Part shown: positions 13,047 to 24,442 of the stretch, one piece after another
Position numbering within the stretch: position 1 is the first letter of the stretch
Layout: the number at the start of each line of letters is the position of its first letter
From: Squalus acanthias
Lineage: Eukaryota
NCBI GenBank assembly: GCA_030390025.1
Contig: CM059432.1
Location: 146,012,001 to 146,076,000, forward strand
Direction: 5' to 3'
DNA: 64,000 nt
Notes under the pieces: generated by a model
What the model was told of the DNA's origin: nothing
The model's database searches: none
What the model saw: only the letters and a program-made list of their open reading frames with translations
Position numbers and translations under genes: made by a program

Positions 13047-13224
13047 AGCAAAATACTGCGGATGCTGGAAATCTGAAATAACAACAGACAATGCTGGAAA
13101 CACTCAGCAGGCCAGGCAGCATCCGTGGAGAGAGAAACAGAGTTAACGTTTCAGGTCTGGGACCCTTCGTCAGAACTTTGATGCTGCCTGGCCTGCTGAG
13201 TGTTTCCAGCATTTTCTGTTGTCA
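13047..13224 (-). mobile_element. Penelope-like short element with inverted repeat; same family fragment at 48934-49064 (+)
   Basis: About 13081-13123 is the inverted complement of 13180-13222; contains a hammerhead core. Confidence 0.6.
13141..13177 (-). ncRNA. Candidate minimal type I hammerhead ribozyme
   Basis: Minus strand reads AGUU-CUGACGA-A-GGGUC-CCA-GACCU-GAAA-CG-UU-AACU: intact core, stems I and II, palindromic stem III. Confidence 0.55.
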
Positions 13225-13489
13225 TTAATGATCAGAGTCTGTGCAAGATCAGGTCATGAAACTTCATGTTCCTCATTAACCCATTTTGATCTCAGAAACT
13301 TTTTGCAATTCAATAAATAATTTGCACTCCGCACAATACAATTTGGTTCTGATCAGAAAGATTCACAAATCAATGCCTAGCTTGTAATTGGGTCTAAGTC
13401 TCTTAGCAACTAAAATAAAAATCAAAAAAGTTTACATTAAATTATAGCCATTTTATTACAATACAAATTTCTTCAGAAAGATGGACCTA

Positions 13490-13770
13490 CACAGTGATAC
13501 CTGGGCTAAAAGGGTTAAATTATGAGGACGGGCTGCATAGACTAGTCTTGTATTCCCTCGAATGTAGAAGATTAAGGGGGTGATCTAATTGAGGTGTTTA
13601 AGATGATTAAAATGATTTGATAGGGTAGATAGAGAGAAATTATTTCCTCTAGTGGGAGAGTCCAGAACAAGAGGGCATAACCTTAAAATTAGAGCGAGGC
13701 CGTTCAGGGGTGATGTCAGGGAACACTTCTTCACACAAAGGGTGGTGGAAATCTGGAACTCTCTCTCCAG
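13490..13770 (+). mobile_element. CR1 LINE fragment
   Basis: RT C-terminal motifs; similar to 61090-61390 inverted. Confidence 0.8.
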
Positions 13771-13814
13771 CATTTTTTGTTGTTGTTTCGCTCTTTAATT
13801 CAGTGTCAGTAAGC

Positions 13815-14430
13815 ATAAAAACAGTCCAGCTTTCATTGTACACTGATGAGACCCGGCTTTACCTCTCCACCATCACACTCGATTCCTTGACCACCAAATC
13901 ACTATGCTGCTCAGCCGCTCAGCTGGTATCAAGTGTTGATTAGGTATGAATTTCCTTCAACTCAACATCACCCAGGCTGAAACCATGGTGTTCGGTTCCG
14001 ACCGAAAGCTTTACATTCCACCTGAAGCTCTGCTCCGTACCTAGAACCCTACACTTTAGCAACTACCTTCCTCCCTATCTCTTGCTACTCCCTCATTGAG
14101 TGCCCTGCATGACCCTTAGCTGAACTTCAAACTCCACATCCTTTCACTGAGACTGCCTACTTGCAAGGCCACATCATCACCCACTTCTGACAGTGCCTCA
14201 CCTTTCCCAATGCTTCTGAAATACTCACCACACCTTTGCCACCTCCAGACTGGAGTACTCCAATGCTATTCTCGAGTGCCTCCCAGAGATCTGCCTTTTA
14301 TGAATCTCAATTCATCCAAAACGCCATGGCCCACATCCTGCCCTGTACTAAGTTCTGTTGTCCGATTACTCTGGAGTTTGCCAACCTTCACTGTCTTCCT
14401 ATCCATCTAAATTTTAAATTAAACCCTTCT
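13815..14430 (+). mobile_element. Old L2 LINE fragment
   Basis: YTDETRLYLS (YADD-like) and decayed L2 RT C-terminal motifs. Confidence 0.55.
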
Positions 14431-14585
14431 ATGGCCTCTGCAACATCATTCAGTCTAGTAACCCCATTATTAATCTGGAGCAGGATACAGGCAAGTGGGG
14501 AGCGGGGCAAGGTTGGGCCGATGAAGACCGAGCTATTTTAACTTCCAGGCCTCATTGGCCTGCTGCCGGTCAGCTGCCTGCCCGA

Positions 14586-15115
14586 AACAACAACAACAAC
14601 TTGTATTTATAAAGCGCCTTTAATGTAGTAAAACATCCAAAGGCGCTTCACAAAAGCGATTACCAAACAAAATTTGACTCTGAGCCACATAAGGAGATAT
14701 TAGGGCAGATGACCAAAAGCTTGGCCAAAGAGGGAGGTTTTAAGGAGCGTCTTAAATGAGAAGAGAGAGAGGTAGCGAGGCGGAGAGGTTTAGGGAGGGA
14801 ATTCCAGAGCTTAGGGCCTAGGCAGCTGAAGGCAAAGCCACCAATGGAGGAGCTATTGAAATTGGGGATGCGCAAGAGGCCAGAATTGGAGGAGAGCAGA
14901 TATATCGGCGGATTGTAAGGCTGGAGGAGGTTACAGAGATAGGGAGGGGCGAGGCCATGGAGGGATTTGAAAACAAGGACGAGAATTTTAAAATCGAGGC
15001 GCTGCTTAACCGGGAGCCAATGTAGGTCAGCGAGCACAGGGGTGCTGGGTGAATGGGACTTGGTGTGAGTTAGGACACGGGCAGCCGAGTTTTGGATGAC
15101 CTCAAGATTACAGGG
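14586..15115 (-). mobile_element. L2 LINE 3' end
   Basis: IQNSAARVLT...LHWLPVKQRLDFKILVLVFK...PKLWNSLP; (gtt)n tail. Confidence 0.9.
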
Positions 15116-15427
15116 TGAAGTGGCAGATGGCCAGTGACTGGGAGAGAAATTTCGAGCAGCAGGAAACCAATTTTTCACCAAGATGCACTAATATTTGAAC
15201 TTGTATGGAATTTTATGACATTACCGGTTGATTTTTATTAAAAATAATATTGATATATAATGAATTAATCCATTGATTTTTACCATGTACAACATTAATT
15301 TTCCCAATGCATATGGATCAACCAGGTCTGATGGAATTTTATTTATTCTATTAGGATGAATGAACCCTTAAATTGTAAGATATTCTTCAACCTTCATCCT
15401 TCCTCCCCCATCCTATCGTAAACTAGT

Positions 15428-15665
15428 GTCAGCTGTGGCTCAGCTGGTAGCACTCTCGTCTCTGAAGTCAGAAGTTTGTGGGTTTAAGTTGCACTCCAAG
15501 TCCCACTCCAGAGACTTGAGCACAAAAAGCTAAGCTGACTCTCCAGTCCCGTACTGACGGAGCACTGCACTGTTGGAGGTGCTGTCTTTTGAATGAGAGG
15601 TTAAAACGAGGCCCTGCTCTCTCAGGTGTATGTAAAAGATCCCATGGCACTGTTTTGAACACTGT
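15428..15665 (+). mobile_element. tRNA-derived DeuSINE (SacSINE1-like), truncated
   Basis: Homologous to the 5' half of 32227-32697. Confidence 0.75.
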
Positions 15666-15889
15666 TTTGGGAAACAGTGCGAGAGGGTAACAGATAACAG
15701 CGGGAAAACCGGTGGCAGAGAGTCAGTGAGAACAGAGAGAGCGAGTCTGAGGAGAAACACTGCGAGAGAACAAAGTCGGAGCTGAACATGGAAAAGTGAG
15801 AAAGAAATTCAAAAGTAACATCACTGCCGCGAAGTGAGCGGATTGGTGGGTAACAGGTGAGTGTTAGTTTGTTTTATTAAACGAATTTA

Positions 15890-17126
15890 AAAAAACAGAG
15901 ACAGTTGATCATGTTAGTAGGGTAGATGTTGTATATATGGACTTTCGGAAGGCATTCGGCAAAGTGCTTCACAGGAGGCTTATTAAGAAGATGGAAGTCC
16001 AGGGAATTAAAGGGAAAGTGTTGGTATGGATACAAAATTGGCTCAGTGACAGGAAGCAGAGGGTGGTGGTTGCTGGGTGTTTTTCAGACTGGGAGGAGGG
16101 TTGCAGTCGCGTTCCCCAAGGGTCAGTTTTGGGTCCATTGCTCGTTTCAATTTTTATAAACGACCTAGACTCGAGTGTCGGGAGCAGCATTATAAAGCTG
16201 GCAGATGATCCGAAACTTGGCAAAGTAGTCGATAGTGATGAGGTTAGTTAGAGGCTTCAGGATGATACAGACAGGATGGTGAAATAGGCAGAAGCAGGGC
16301 AGCTGGAGAGTTCAATGTGGAGAAGTGTGAAGTGATGCACTTTGGGTGGACTAATATGGAAAGACAGTGAACTATAAATGGCACAATTTTGAAAAGTGTA
16401 GATGAGCAGAGAGACCTTGGTGTCCATATACACACACCCTTAAAGGTGGCAGAGCAAGTTGATAAGACGGTTAAAAAAGTGTATGGGTTACTTGGGTTTA
16501 CAAATAGAGGCATAGAATATAAAAGCAAAGAGATTATGCTAGAACTTTATAAATCACTGGTTAGGCCTCAGCTGGAGTATTGTGGACAATTCTGGGCCCC
16601 ACACTTCAGGAAAGATATAAAGGTCTTGGAAAGGGTACAGGGGAGTTTTACCAGGATGTTACCAAGGATGAGGGACTTCAGTTATGAGGAGAGTTTGGAA
16701 AAGTTCGGACTGTTCTCCCTGGACAAGAGAAGGTTAAAAAGTGACCTAATAGAGGTTTTCAAGATGATGAGAGGTTTTGATAGAGTAGACAGAGAAAAAC
16801 TATTCCCTCTGGCGAGTGGGTCAATAACCAGAGATCATAGATTGAAAATCATTGGCAAAAGATCGAGAGGGGAGATGAGGAGAGTTTTTTTCACTCAGAG
16901 AGAGTTGTCGGGATCTGGAACGCTCGACCTGAAAAGGTGGTGAAGCTGATTCCGTAAATCATTTTAAAAGGGAGTTGGACAGGTACCCGAGGATGAGGAA
17001 CTTACAGGGTTACGGACAAAAAGCGAGGGTGTGGGACTAACCACGACTGCTCTTTGAAAGAGCCGGCACAGGCACGACGATCCAAATGGCCCCCCTTCTG
17101 TGCTGTGAGTTTCTGTGATTCTATGA
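15890..17126 (+). mobile_element. 5'-truncated CR1 LINE, degenerate RT
   Basis: DFRKAF, VPQGSVLGP, KLADD, YKSLVRPQLEYC motifs; CR1 3' UTR. Confidence 0.9.
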
Positions 17127-17205
17127 AGTCTCTGGAACATCATTTTTGGTTGCTGGGGATCGTTGGAGCCATTTTTTGGCTGACTTTGGTATGTCTTTCA
17201 TACTA

Positions 17206-17612
17206 CAGGAAACTTTTGTTTATCCGGCACCCAAATATCCAGAATTCTCGCTTAACCGGCAAAAATCATCCTCCGAAAACTCCTCTCAAATAACCGGCAA
17301 TGTTGCCGAGTCACAGTCGAGTCTCCGCGAACGCCGAGTACTCCGAAAACTCCTCTCAAATAACCGGCAATGTTGCCGATCCCGAGTCCGAGTCCGAGTC
17401 CGCGAACGCCGATTTAGTCAGTAAGGGGTAGTTTTCAAAAGTGCCACTACTCGGCCTCCTGGCGCTGTCCGAAGTATACTGCTCATTTCTTGATTTATTT
17501 ATTTTTCTTTGTTAAAAATAGCCTTGGTAGATATAACTCTCCGTTATCCGGTACTTTTGATAAACCGGCACCACACCGGTCCCGTCGGTGCCGGTTAATA
17601 AAGAGTTTCCTG
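17206..17612. mobile_element. pogo/Tigger-like (Tc1-mariner superfamily) MITE
   Basis: TIR CAGGAAACT(T/C)TT...CCGGCACC; TA on both sides; internal 39-bp direct repeat at 17271-17309 and 17341-17379. Confidence 0.75.
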
Positions 17613-17777
17613 TAAATAGCTGTTGGAAAGCTGACCTTTGGCTGCAGCTATACTCTGTAACTTCACTGGCTGCAGGATTGCTGGAAAAAATGGGAACATT
17701 GCTGGGATTACCACTGAAGCTGCCACAGCAGCAGTGGATTTAGCAAGCACAGTCCTGTGCAGGCTCAAAGAAGAGCC

Positions 17778-17902
17778 TTCACCTGACGAAGGGACAGCAG
17801 CTCCGAAAGCTTGTGATTTCAAATAAAACCGTTGGACTATAACCTGGTGTTGTGCGACTTCTCACTTTTGTCCACCCCAGTCCAACACCGGCATCTCCGC
17901 AT
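17778..17902 (+). mobile_element. Penelope-like end with hammerhead core intact
   Basis: tcac-CTGACGA-agggacagcagctcc-GAAA-gctt-gtga; same family as 3096 and 3940. Confidence 0.6.
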
Positions 17903-17961
17903 CAAAGAAGAGACAAGGACAATGGAGGGGGTTACAGCATGCGAGTGTTTTGCAACACAAT

Positions 17962-18724
17962 GGGCCAGAAATTCGGCTCTTGTCGGGTGAGTACGCGCTG
18001 TGTACTCACCCGTAAGGCCACCTGAAGTGCCGGTTTCACACATGCACTGCGCATGCGCGGGAAACCGGAACTTCTGTTCCCCTGAAGGGAGGGGTTCAGA
18101 AGTCGAACGCGTGCACGGGAGAGGCAGCGTGCACGCAGCGAACTTTGTTTTTTGTTTCAGGTTTCTCCGTGAGGGTAAGTATGGAGAAGCTGCACTTTTA
18201 AAAGGGAGGCACAAGGCCTGTTTTTAACAAAATAAGTGGTTAATTAATTACAATTTAAACATTTTTTCAACAGGTTTATCTTTTTTAGATACTTTAAAGA
18301 AAGGTAAGTTTATTTTTAGCACTGTAAAAAGTATAATTAATTTTTTCAAAAATTTAAATTTTTGTTTAAAGTAGTTAATTTATGTAACTTATAGTTATTT
18401 TAAAAATGTGATTTAAAAAAAAAATTTAGTTGAAGTTTAAGTGTGGTTTTGGGGCCGATCTCTATTCATAGATTTGACAGGTCTTCCTGTCAAATCTATG
18501 AATGAAAATGCCCTGCTAGGATTGGCTCTCCATGGCCCACGTGATCCCAGGGGACGCTTCGAACTAACTGCGCCCCTGGGATACGCAAGCACTGCGCGCC
18601 AGCAGCTGCAGGAGGCCCAGGAGCTGAAGTCCTCGTGGGCCCAAAGCACAACAGCAGGCGCAGTAGGCAAGTACGCGCGCAATGCTTGCACCCGCAGGAA
18701 GCCTGAGAGCAGAATTTCTGGCCA
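17962..18724. mobile_element. Harbinger-type MITE related to 5433-6153 and family A
   Basis: GGGCCAGAAATTC / GAATTTCTGGCCA ends; TSD AAT; AT-rich core. Confidence 0.8.
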
Positions 18725-18860
18725 AATGTCTTACCTCAACATGACAGGGCAACATGCGAAAGCTGCCCTTCAGCCAGCAGGCAATCATTGACCTACGTTA
18801 CCTGTTGGAGTCAAACACCAGGACACACACAGCACTGCCTGTGACTGTGTGGCGCTCAAT

Positions 18861-19025
18861 GGGGGTAATTTTAACCCAACACGCCGGGCGGGAAACCCAT
18901 ATGATCGGGTGGAATGCCGGTCTTACAACCCTTCAATGGAGAGTAAAATCAGGCGGGGTGTAAAACCAGCGCTGCACCCGATCCCATCAGTTTCCCGGCG
19001 GGCGGGTTGGGTTAAGATTGCCCCC
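18861..19025. mobile_element. Short Harbinger-type MITE inside the transposase remnant
   Basis: GGGGGTAATTTTAACCCAAC / GTTGGGTTAAGATTGCCCCC. Confidence 0.75.
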
Positions 19026-19630
19026 ATTTGTCTATGCCACAAGCTCATTCCAGGCTGCAACAGGTGATATCAGCAACATCAGTCGTGTTTTTGTCCACAT
19101 CAAGCAGATGGCAGCAACACTCTTCGCAAAGAGTCAGCAATACATCACCTTCCCAATGCAGGCTGCTGATGAGGAGGCGAGAGCTTTTGGATTTGCCCAC
19201 ATCGCTGGATTTCCCCCGGTGCAAGGTGTAATTGACTGCAGACACGTTGCCCTGCGCTGTCCCTGTCAAGGAACCAGCCATGTTTTGTAACAGGAAGGGG
19301 TTCCACTCCCTGAATGTTCAGCTGGTCTGTAACCACAGGCAATGAAGAATGCAGGTCTGTGCCAGGCTTGCTGGCAGTAGTCATGATGCTTCCATACTGC
19401 GCCAGTCCTCCATCTACAGACCAGTGGGTGTCAGACTGCCCCTCTACACCTGATATTTGACTCTTGACAGGAACCTGGGCGTAGATGCTGAATGTCGATA
19501 CAATGAGAGTCACACATAAACCAGAATTCTCATTGAACAAACCACAGGTGTCCTCAAGCAAACGTTCCAGTGTCTGAACCGATCCAGTGGAGCCCTATGG
19601 TGTAGCCCCGAGCGAGTTTCTAGATTTGTA

Positions 19631-21869
19631 GGCCGGAATTTTCCTTACCGCGTTGAGTCGGGTGCGTGCGGGCTGCGTGGCGGGTCGGTACCGCGATGTA
19701 TTGATCAGCTCGCTCCTCAGAGTGACTTTCAGTTGATGGCCCCTATTAAGGCAGACACACGCGTTTCCCAGCCCTATTAAATGGTGCGGGTCTGATGACG
19801 TCATTGATGACTCATTTCCAGCGGGGATATTTAAAGCAGCCTCGGACACATTGCTTTTGAAGATTCATCTAGGAGTGTGGAGGGAGTATTTTGAAGGATT
19901 TTATTATTGTTGACATTTCAAAACATGACTTCCCAAAGACAGAGGGCTGCACCCTGGTTTTCCGATTAATCCCTACGTATTCTTGTGGAGGGAGTCAGAG
20001 GTCCTCTTCCCTGCAGATGGGTGGAAGAGACCTCCACAGGAGACAAAAAGAGCCTAGTTCCAAATGTGGCAGCCATATGGGTACAACAGGAAGTCAAGTA
20101 AATCTGGCCATGATGAAGGCATCCCTGGCCTCCCAGGCTGCAATGTGCAATGTGCTCCGGAGTGCTGCTGCCATCTCCACCTCAGGTTTCTCCTGCTCCT
20201 CCTCCTCATCTTCCAACTGATGCTTCTTCTCCTCCTCTGAAGAGGCGGTGCGCTCTACGCCTTGCTCCTCATGCAGCGCTAATCCTTGTTACTGCACTAA
20301 GTTGTGCAGTGCGCAGCAGACGACGATGATTCTGGAGACCCTGGCTGGTGCGTACTGAAGGGCTCCTCCAGATCTGTCAAGGCATCTGAAGCGCATCTTC
20401 AGCATGCCTATTGTTTGCTCAATGACACATCTGGTGGAAATGTGACTTTCATTAGAACGCTCCTCAGCCTTATTGCTTGGCCTCCTCAAGGGTGTTATGA
20501 GCCACGTCTTCAGTGGATAGCCCTTGTCTCCAAGCAGCCAGCTGATAAGTCTGTTTGGCAGTGTGAAGAGCTGAGGGAGGGTGGACTAATGCAGCATGGA
20601 AAGAGTCATGACAGCTGCCAGGGAATTTGGCGCACACATGCATGATGATCTTCCTATGATTGCAAACGAGCTGAACATTGAGGGAATGGAAGCCCTTGTG
20701 GTTCACAAACACTCCTGGGTGATGTGGGGATGCCCTGATGGCCACATGTGTGCAGTCGATGATGCCCTGCACCCGTGGGAAGCCAGCCAGAGTGGCAAAG
20801 CTGAGTGCCCGCTCAGTAACACTGACTTCATCAGTGGAAAAGTTGACACAATTGGCTGACTTGTTAAACAGGGCAACGGTGACCTGTGTGATGCATCTGT
20901 GGGTAGCCGACTGCGAGATGCCGCAAATGTCTGCTGCAGATCCCAGGAAGCAGCCTGAGGTGAAGAAGTTGAGGGTGGTGGTGACTTTGACAGCCACTGG
21001 TAAGGCATGTCCACCAGGTCCTCTGGGCTGCAGGTCTTGCTCCAGCAAGCTGCTAATGTCTGCGACGACCTGGCTCGATAGCCTGAGCCTCCTTTGGCAC
21101 TGCTGCTCAGTTATGCTGAGCAAGCTCATCCTCTGCCTGCATACCTTGTGTTGGGGGTATCGTCTCCGGCATGGTGCAGCTCTACGCTGATGCCCTCTGT
21201 CCTGTGGAGCTTCAGGTCGTTGAGGAGCAGGTTGTTGGTGTTGATGCTGCTGCTGCTGGTGTTGGGGCTCATCCTGGTCCGATTCTGAGGACCAAGGGGA
21301 GACAGTATAAGTGGCACCCATGCTGATGTAATAGATGGCAGGTCAAGTAGAGATCAGAGGTGCAATCTGCCAATGTTGTGATAGTTACTACCAATGTGGT
21401 GAGAGTGACTTCCGAGGTTCCAGAAAAGACTTGCAAACTCTAGACACCTAAATCTGTGCTCAAAAAGGAGTCAGCAAGAGCCTTTCCCATAGGCAAGTAA
21501 TGAGGTGTCATGTGGGAGTATTTATTTGGATTTCCATGCTCTGTGTTAATGACCTCGCTCAGTGGCCACTGAACCTCTGCTTCAGGTAGACAGATGTGGT
21601 TCCCGAGCTGCGTGATTCCCGTCATCATCCAGTGAAATTCAAATGGTCGAGTTCAAATCCCTGTTAAGGGTCTCGCAACAAGGAGTTGATGAGATTAATT
21701 AGGTCGCCCACATCTGCCGTTCGGGTCTGTGGCGCACTGGCAATGTGCCCGAGTTAAAGGCGCGAGGAGGTGGGATGATGGCACGTTCCTGACGCGTTCC
21801 CATTTTCTGCAAATTTTACTGCTGACCCGCCTCCAAACCCACACGCACGGCAGTGGGAACATTTCAGCC
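19631..21869 (-). mobile_element. Nested decayed Harbinger with HARBI1-like transposase pseudogene (about 20130-21321)
   Basis: ORFs 20470-21321 ([15 protein letters not shown]) and 20289-20489 ([16 protein letters not shown]) split by a frameshift; ends GGCCGGAATTTTCC / GGAACATTTCAGCC. Confidence 0.8.
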
Positions 21870-22728
21870 GCAGTGTTTGCCACATATTGCACAACTGTGC
21901 CATTCAGAGGGGCCAAGCCTTGCAGCTGCCACAGGAAGAAGAAGTGCAGGAGGAAGATGGAGAAGGGGACGAGGAAGAAGAGAATGAGGAGGAAGACCAA
22001 GGCTGAGCAGTGCTTCCAGCTGCCAGAGATGTAAGGCTGTTAATAACAAATCATTAGACATTCTCCGAAGTAATCCCTCCCCCCAGCACACCAGCAGTCC
22101 CACCATTTGACCCACTCCTTCCACCCACCTTCTAAATGACTTCCAACACCACTACCTCATGGGTCTTCCTTTTACATAATGAAGAATATGAAGACCAACA
22201 TCAATGCAAAAGAAACCTCTTTAATTACCATTGTGCACATTGTAGATTCAACAACTTTTCTTTCTTTTAATATTGAAATTAAATCACCCTGTTGCTATCA
22301 CTTTGTGCCTGGCCTTTGTGCTTGTTTAGCTATTCTGGTGTTCCTAAGAGATAGTTCCCCTGTCGCGGGAGCCTGGGAGATGGAATGCTGCCGGTCATCC
22401 ACTGAGAGCACTTTAAGATGGCCATGGTGGGTGACCTTTAGCAGCGCGGCAGCAGACTGCTGTGTTTCGGCGTCGGCTGGGCTAGCTTGGCCCAGCTGCC
22501 AATAAAGGCAGTGGTCAAAGGCTGGCAGAGGAGCAGGCATGCTGCCTTTTCCGACAGAAGACAGCATGAGCCTCTCCCATGGAGCCAATGCCACTGTCAT
22601 GGGGCTGCACCTCTGCACCCTCTGCTCTGCGTGAGAACAGAGTGAAGTGGGGTGGTAATTGTGATTTTTGGTGATAGTTTAACATGTGCTGATTCTGGGT
22701 CCAAAAACGGGCACAGACGAATTTTTAC

Positions 22729-22794
22729 CTTGTGTGTCTGAAAACTTTGAAAAAGAGTTGGCCCCAGGAGCTCACAATTTCCTGGACTTTTCAC
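22729..22794 (-). CDS. Tentative RGS22 exon (VKSPGNCELLGPTLFQSFQTHK), phase 0/0
   Basis: AAG|gtaaaa donor, weak ttttaggtag acceptor; phase-compatible with neighbours; no recognised homology. Confidence 0.3.
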
Positions 22795-24213
22795 CTACCT
22801 AAAAGTTATATTTCACTTCAATAGCTATTTAGAAATATTGAACACAGGTGGATTATCATTTTTTGTTTCACTGAATTTTCATTCCATTGGCCGTCGTAAT
22901 TCCTCCAGATAATAATGAAGGGTTAATTTATCTGGCATTCTGTATGTGTTATATGCAATTATTACTTGCTTTATTTTTTGAGGACTAAAGTTGAATAATG
23001 AATGTGAAGTCCTGCAGGGGTTACAGCACAACAATTAATTATTTTAGAGATGGTGCCAATATAAATTTATTGACAGACATTACCAATTATATATTCATCT
23101 CATGGCCCCAGTCCCATGACTGTGATTGTTCGCCACTATATTCTGGATAACATTCATTCATCAGTTCTGTAAAACTATTCAGAAAGTTTTCGTCTAATGT
23201 TGCTTGACATTGCATTTGTGTCATTTGCGACAATTAAAATCTGATTTAATGACGAGTCAGGTGTCCAAAATGGCCGACGTCATTTAAAAGTGATTTGCAC
23301 TTGTTCATTTCTCCCAGTGAGTGGATATAAATGGCTTTTAATTTGAGACCATAAAACAGATTATAATGGCCTCATCATTATATATTTGGTATTGTGAAAT
23401 GATCTCACAAAAAAGTAGCGAAGTTGGCATCTCAAAGGTCTGAAAGACATCGGGGCCGATTTTCGTGGGTGGTGGGTGGTGGGGCACTAAGTGGCTGGCA
23501 AGAGGTGGAAGATTTCTCTCGGGCCAGACGGAAAATTTATGCTCCTCCTGGCCCCACAAAGTTCAGCGGTACCGCAGTTTGCATCCTGTTTTCAGACAGG
23601 GGTCCCATTAAGGACTGTTGGTTAGGCCACTCTATGTCCAGTAACACAGGGTGGAGTATGCATGGTGCTTGGACCACCACTTGCACCTGAAGATTGTACT
23701 GGGGTCCTATAACTGGCGTAGGAGCCTATTTAAATTTTAATACAGCTTCTATCGATATGGGACAGAACGCTGGCCACCCATTTTGAGGCCAGCTCTAAAA
23801 TCAAAGCGGGTGGGCGGGCCTTGAGCCTTGAGCACAATTTCAGTAGGAGATTTATTTAAAATTTAAATTTAATCCCTAAGGGCGATAGCGAGACAAAAGT
23901 TGACCGGTGGTGTAGCAGGAAGCCCATTATCACTGCTATTCATATCACAGCTGCAACAAACCTTTCTCCAAGTCACAAATTTTCAACCACAATAACTGAC
24001 TCTGCATGACAGCTGCTACTGGTAAAAGAGCAGAACCAGAAACATGGCTGTGAATCATGATCTGATAATGAGACAGCTTCACCATATTTTGCTCAGAATA
24101 GAATTTTTCTTTCCTCTCTGGTGAAGTGAACAGTTAAATGTAAAGTAGTTGTTGCTTTGTAAGGATTTTCTCAATACTTTTATGTTGGTTTAAGTTTTCA
24201 GCTGAGTACTTAC

Positions 24214-24308
24214 TAACTTCTCTAAACTGTGAACCTCCTTCGTTCTACGTAATTCTAGCTCTTCAATAGCTTGCATAGATTTTGACGCATTCGACCAAAT
24301 ACTGCCGA
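24214..24308 (-). CDS. Tentative RGS22 exon (xGSIWSNASKSMQAIEELELRRTKEVHSLEKL), phase 1/0
   Basis: cttctcatttcag acceptor, gtaagt donor, only one frame open, non-repetitive context. Confidence 0.45.
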
Positions 24309-24442
24309 CTGAAATGAGAAGCTGGCTGTGGGTAAGGAATTAATGACAATTTAGTAGAAATAACTGGAAGACATAAAATAATTATGCTATAAAAAGGATA
24401 ACTATCAGGGTACCTTTAACACAGGCAGAACCCATAACCAGT

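Larger units (their letters stand above)
18740..22620 (+). pseudogene. Decayed Harbinger transposase (+, about 18740-19630, resuming 21870-22060) and Myb-like C-terminal remnant (-, about 22298-22618)
   Basis: [33 protein letters not shown] motifs; ERVSRFV is interrupted at 19630 and ILHNCAI resumes after 21870. Confidence 0.7.
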
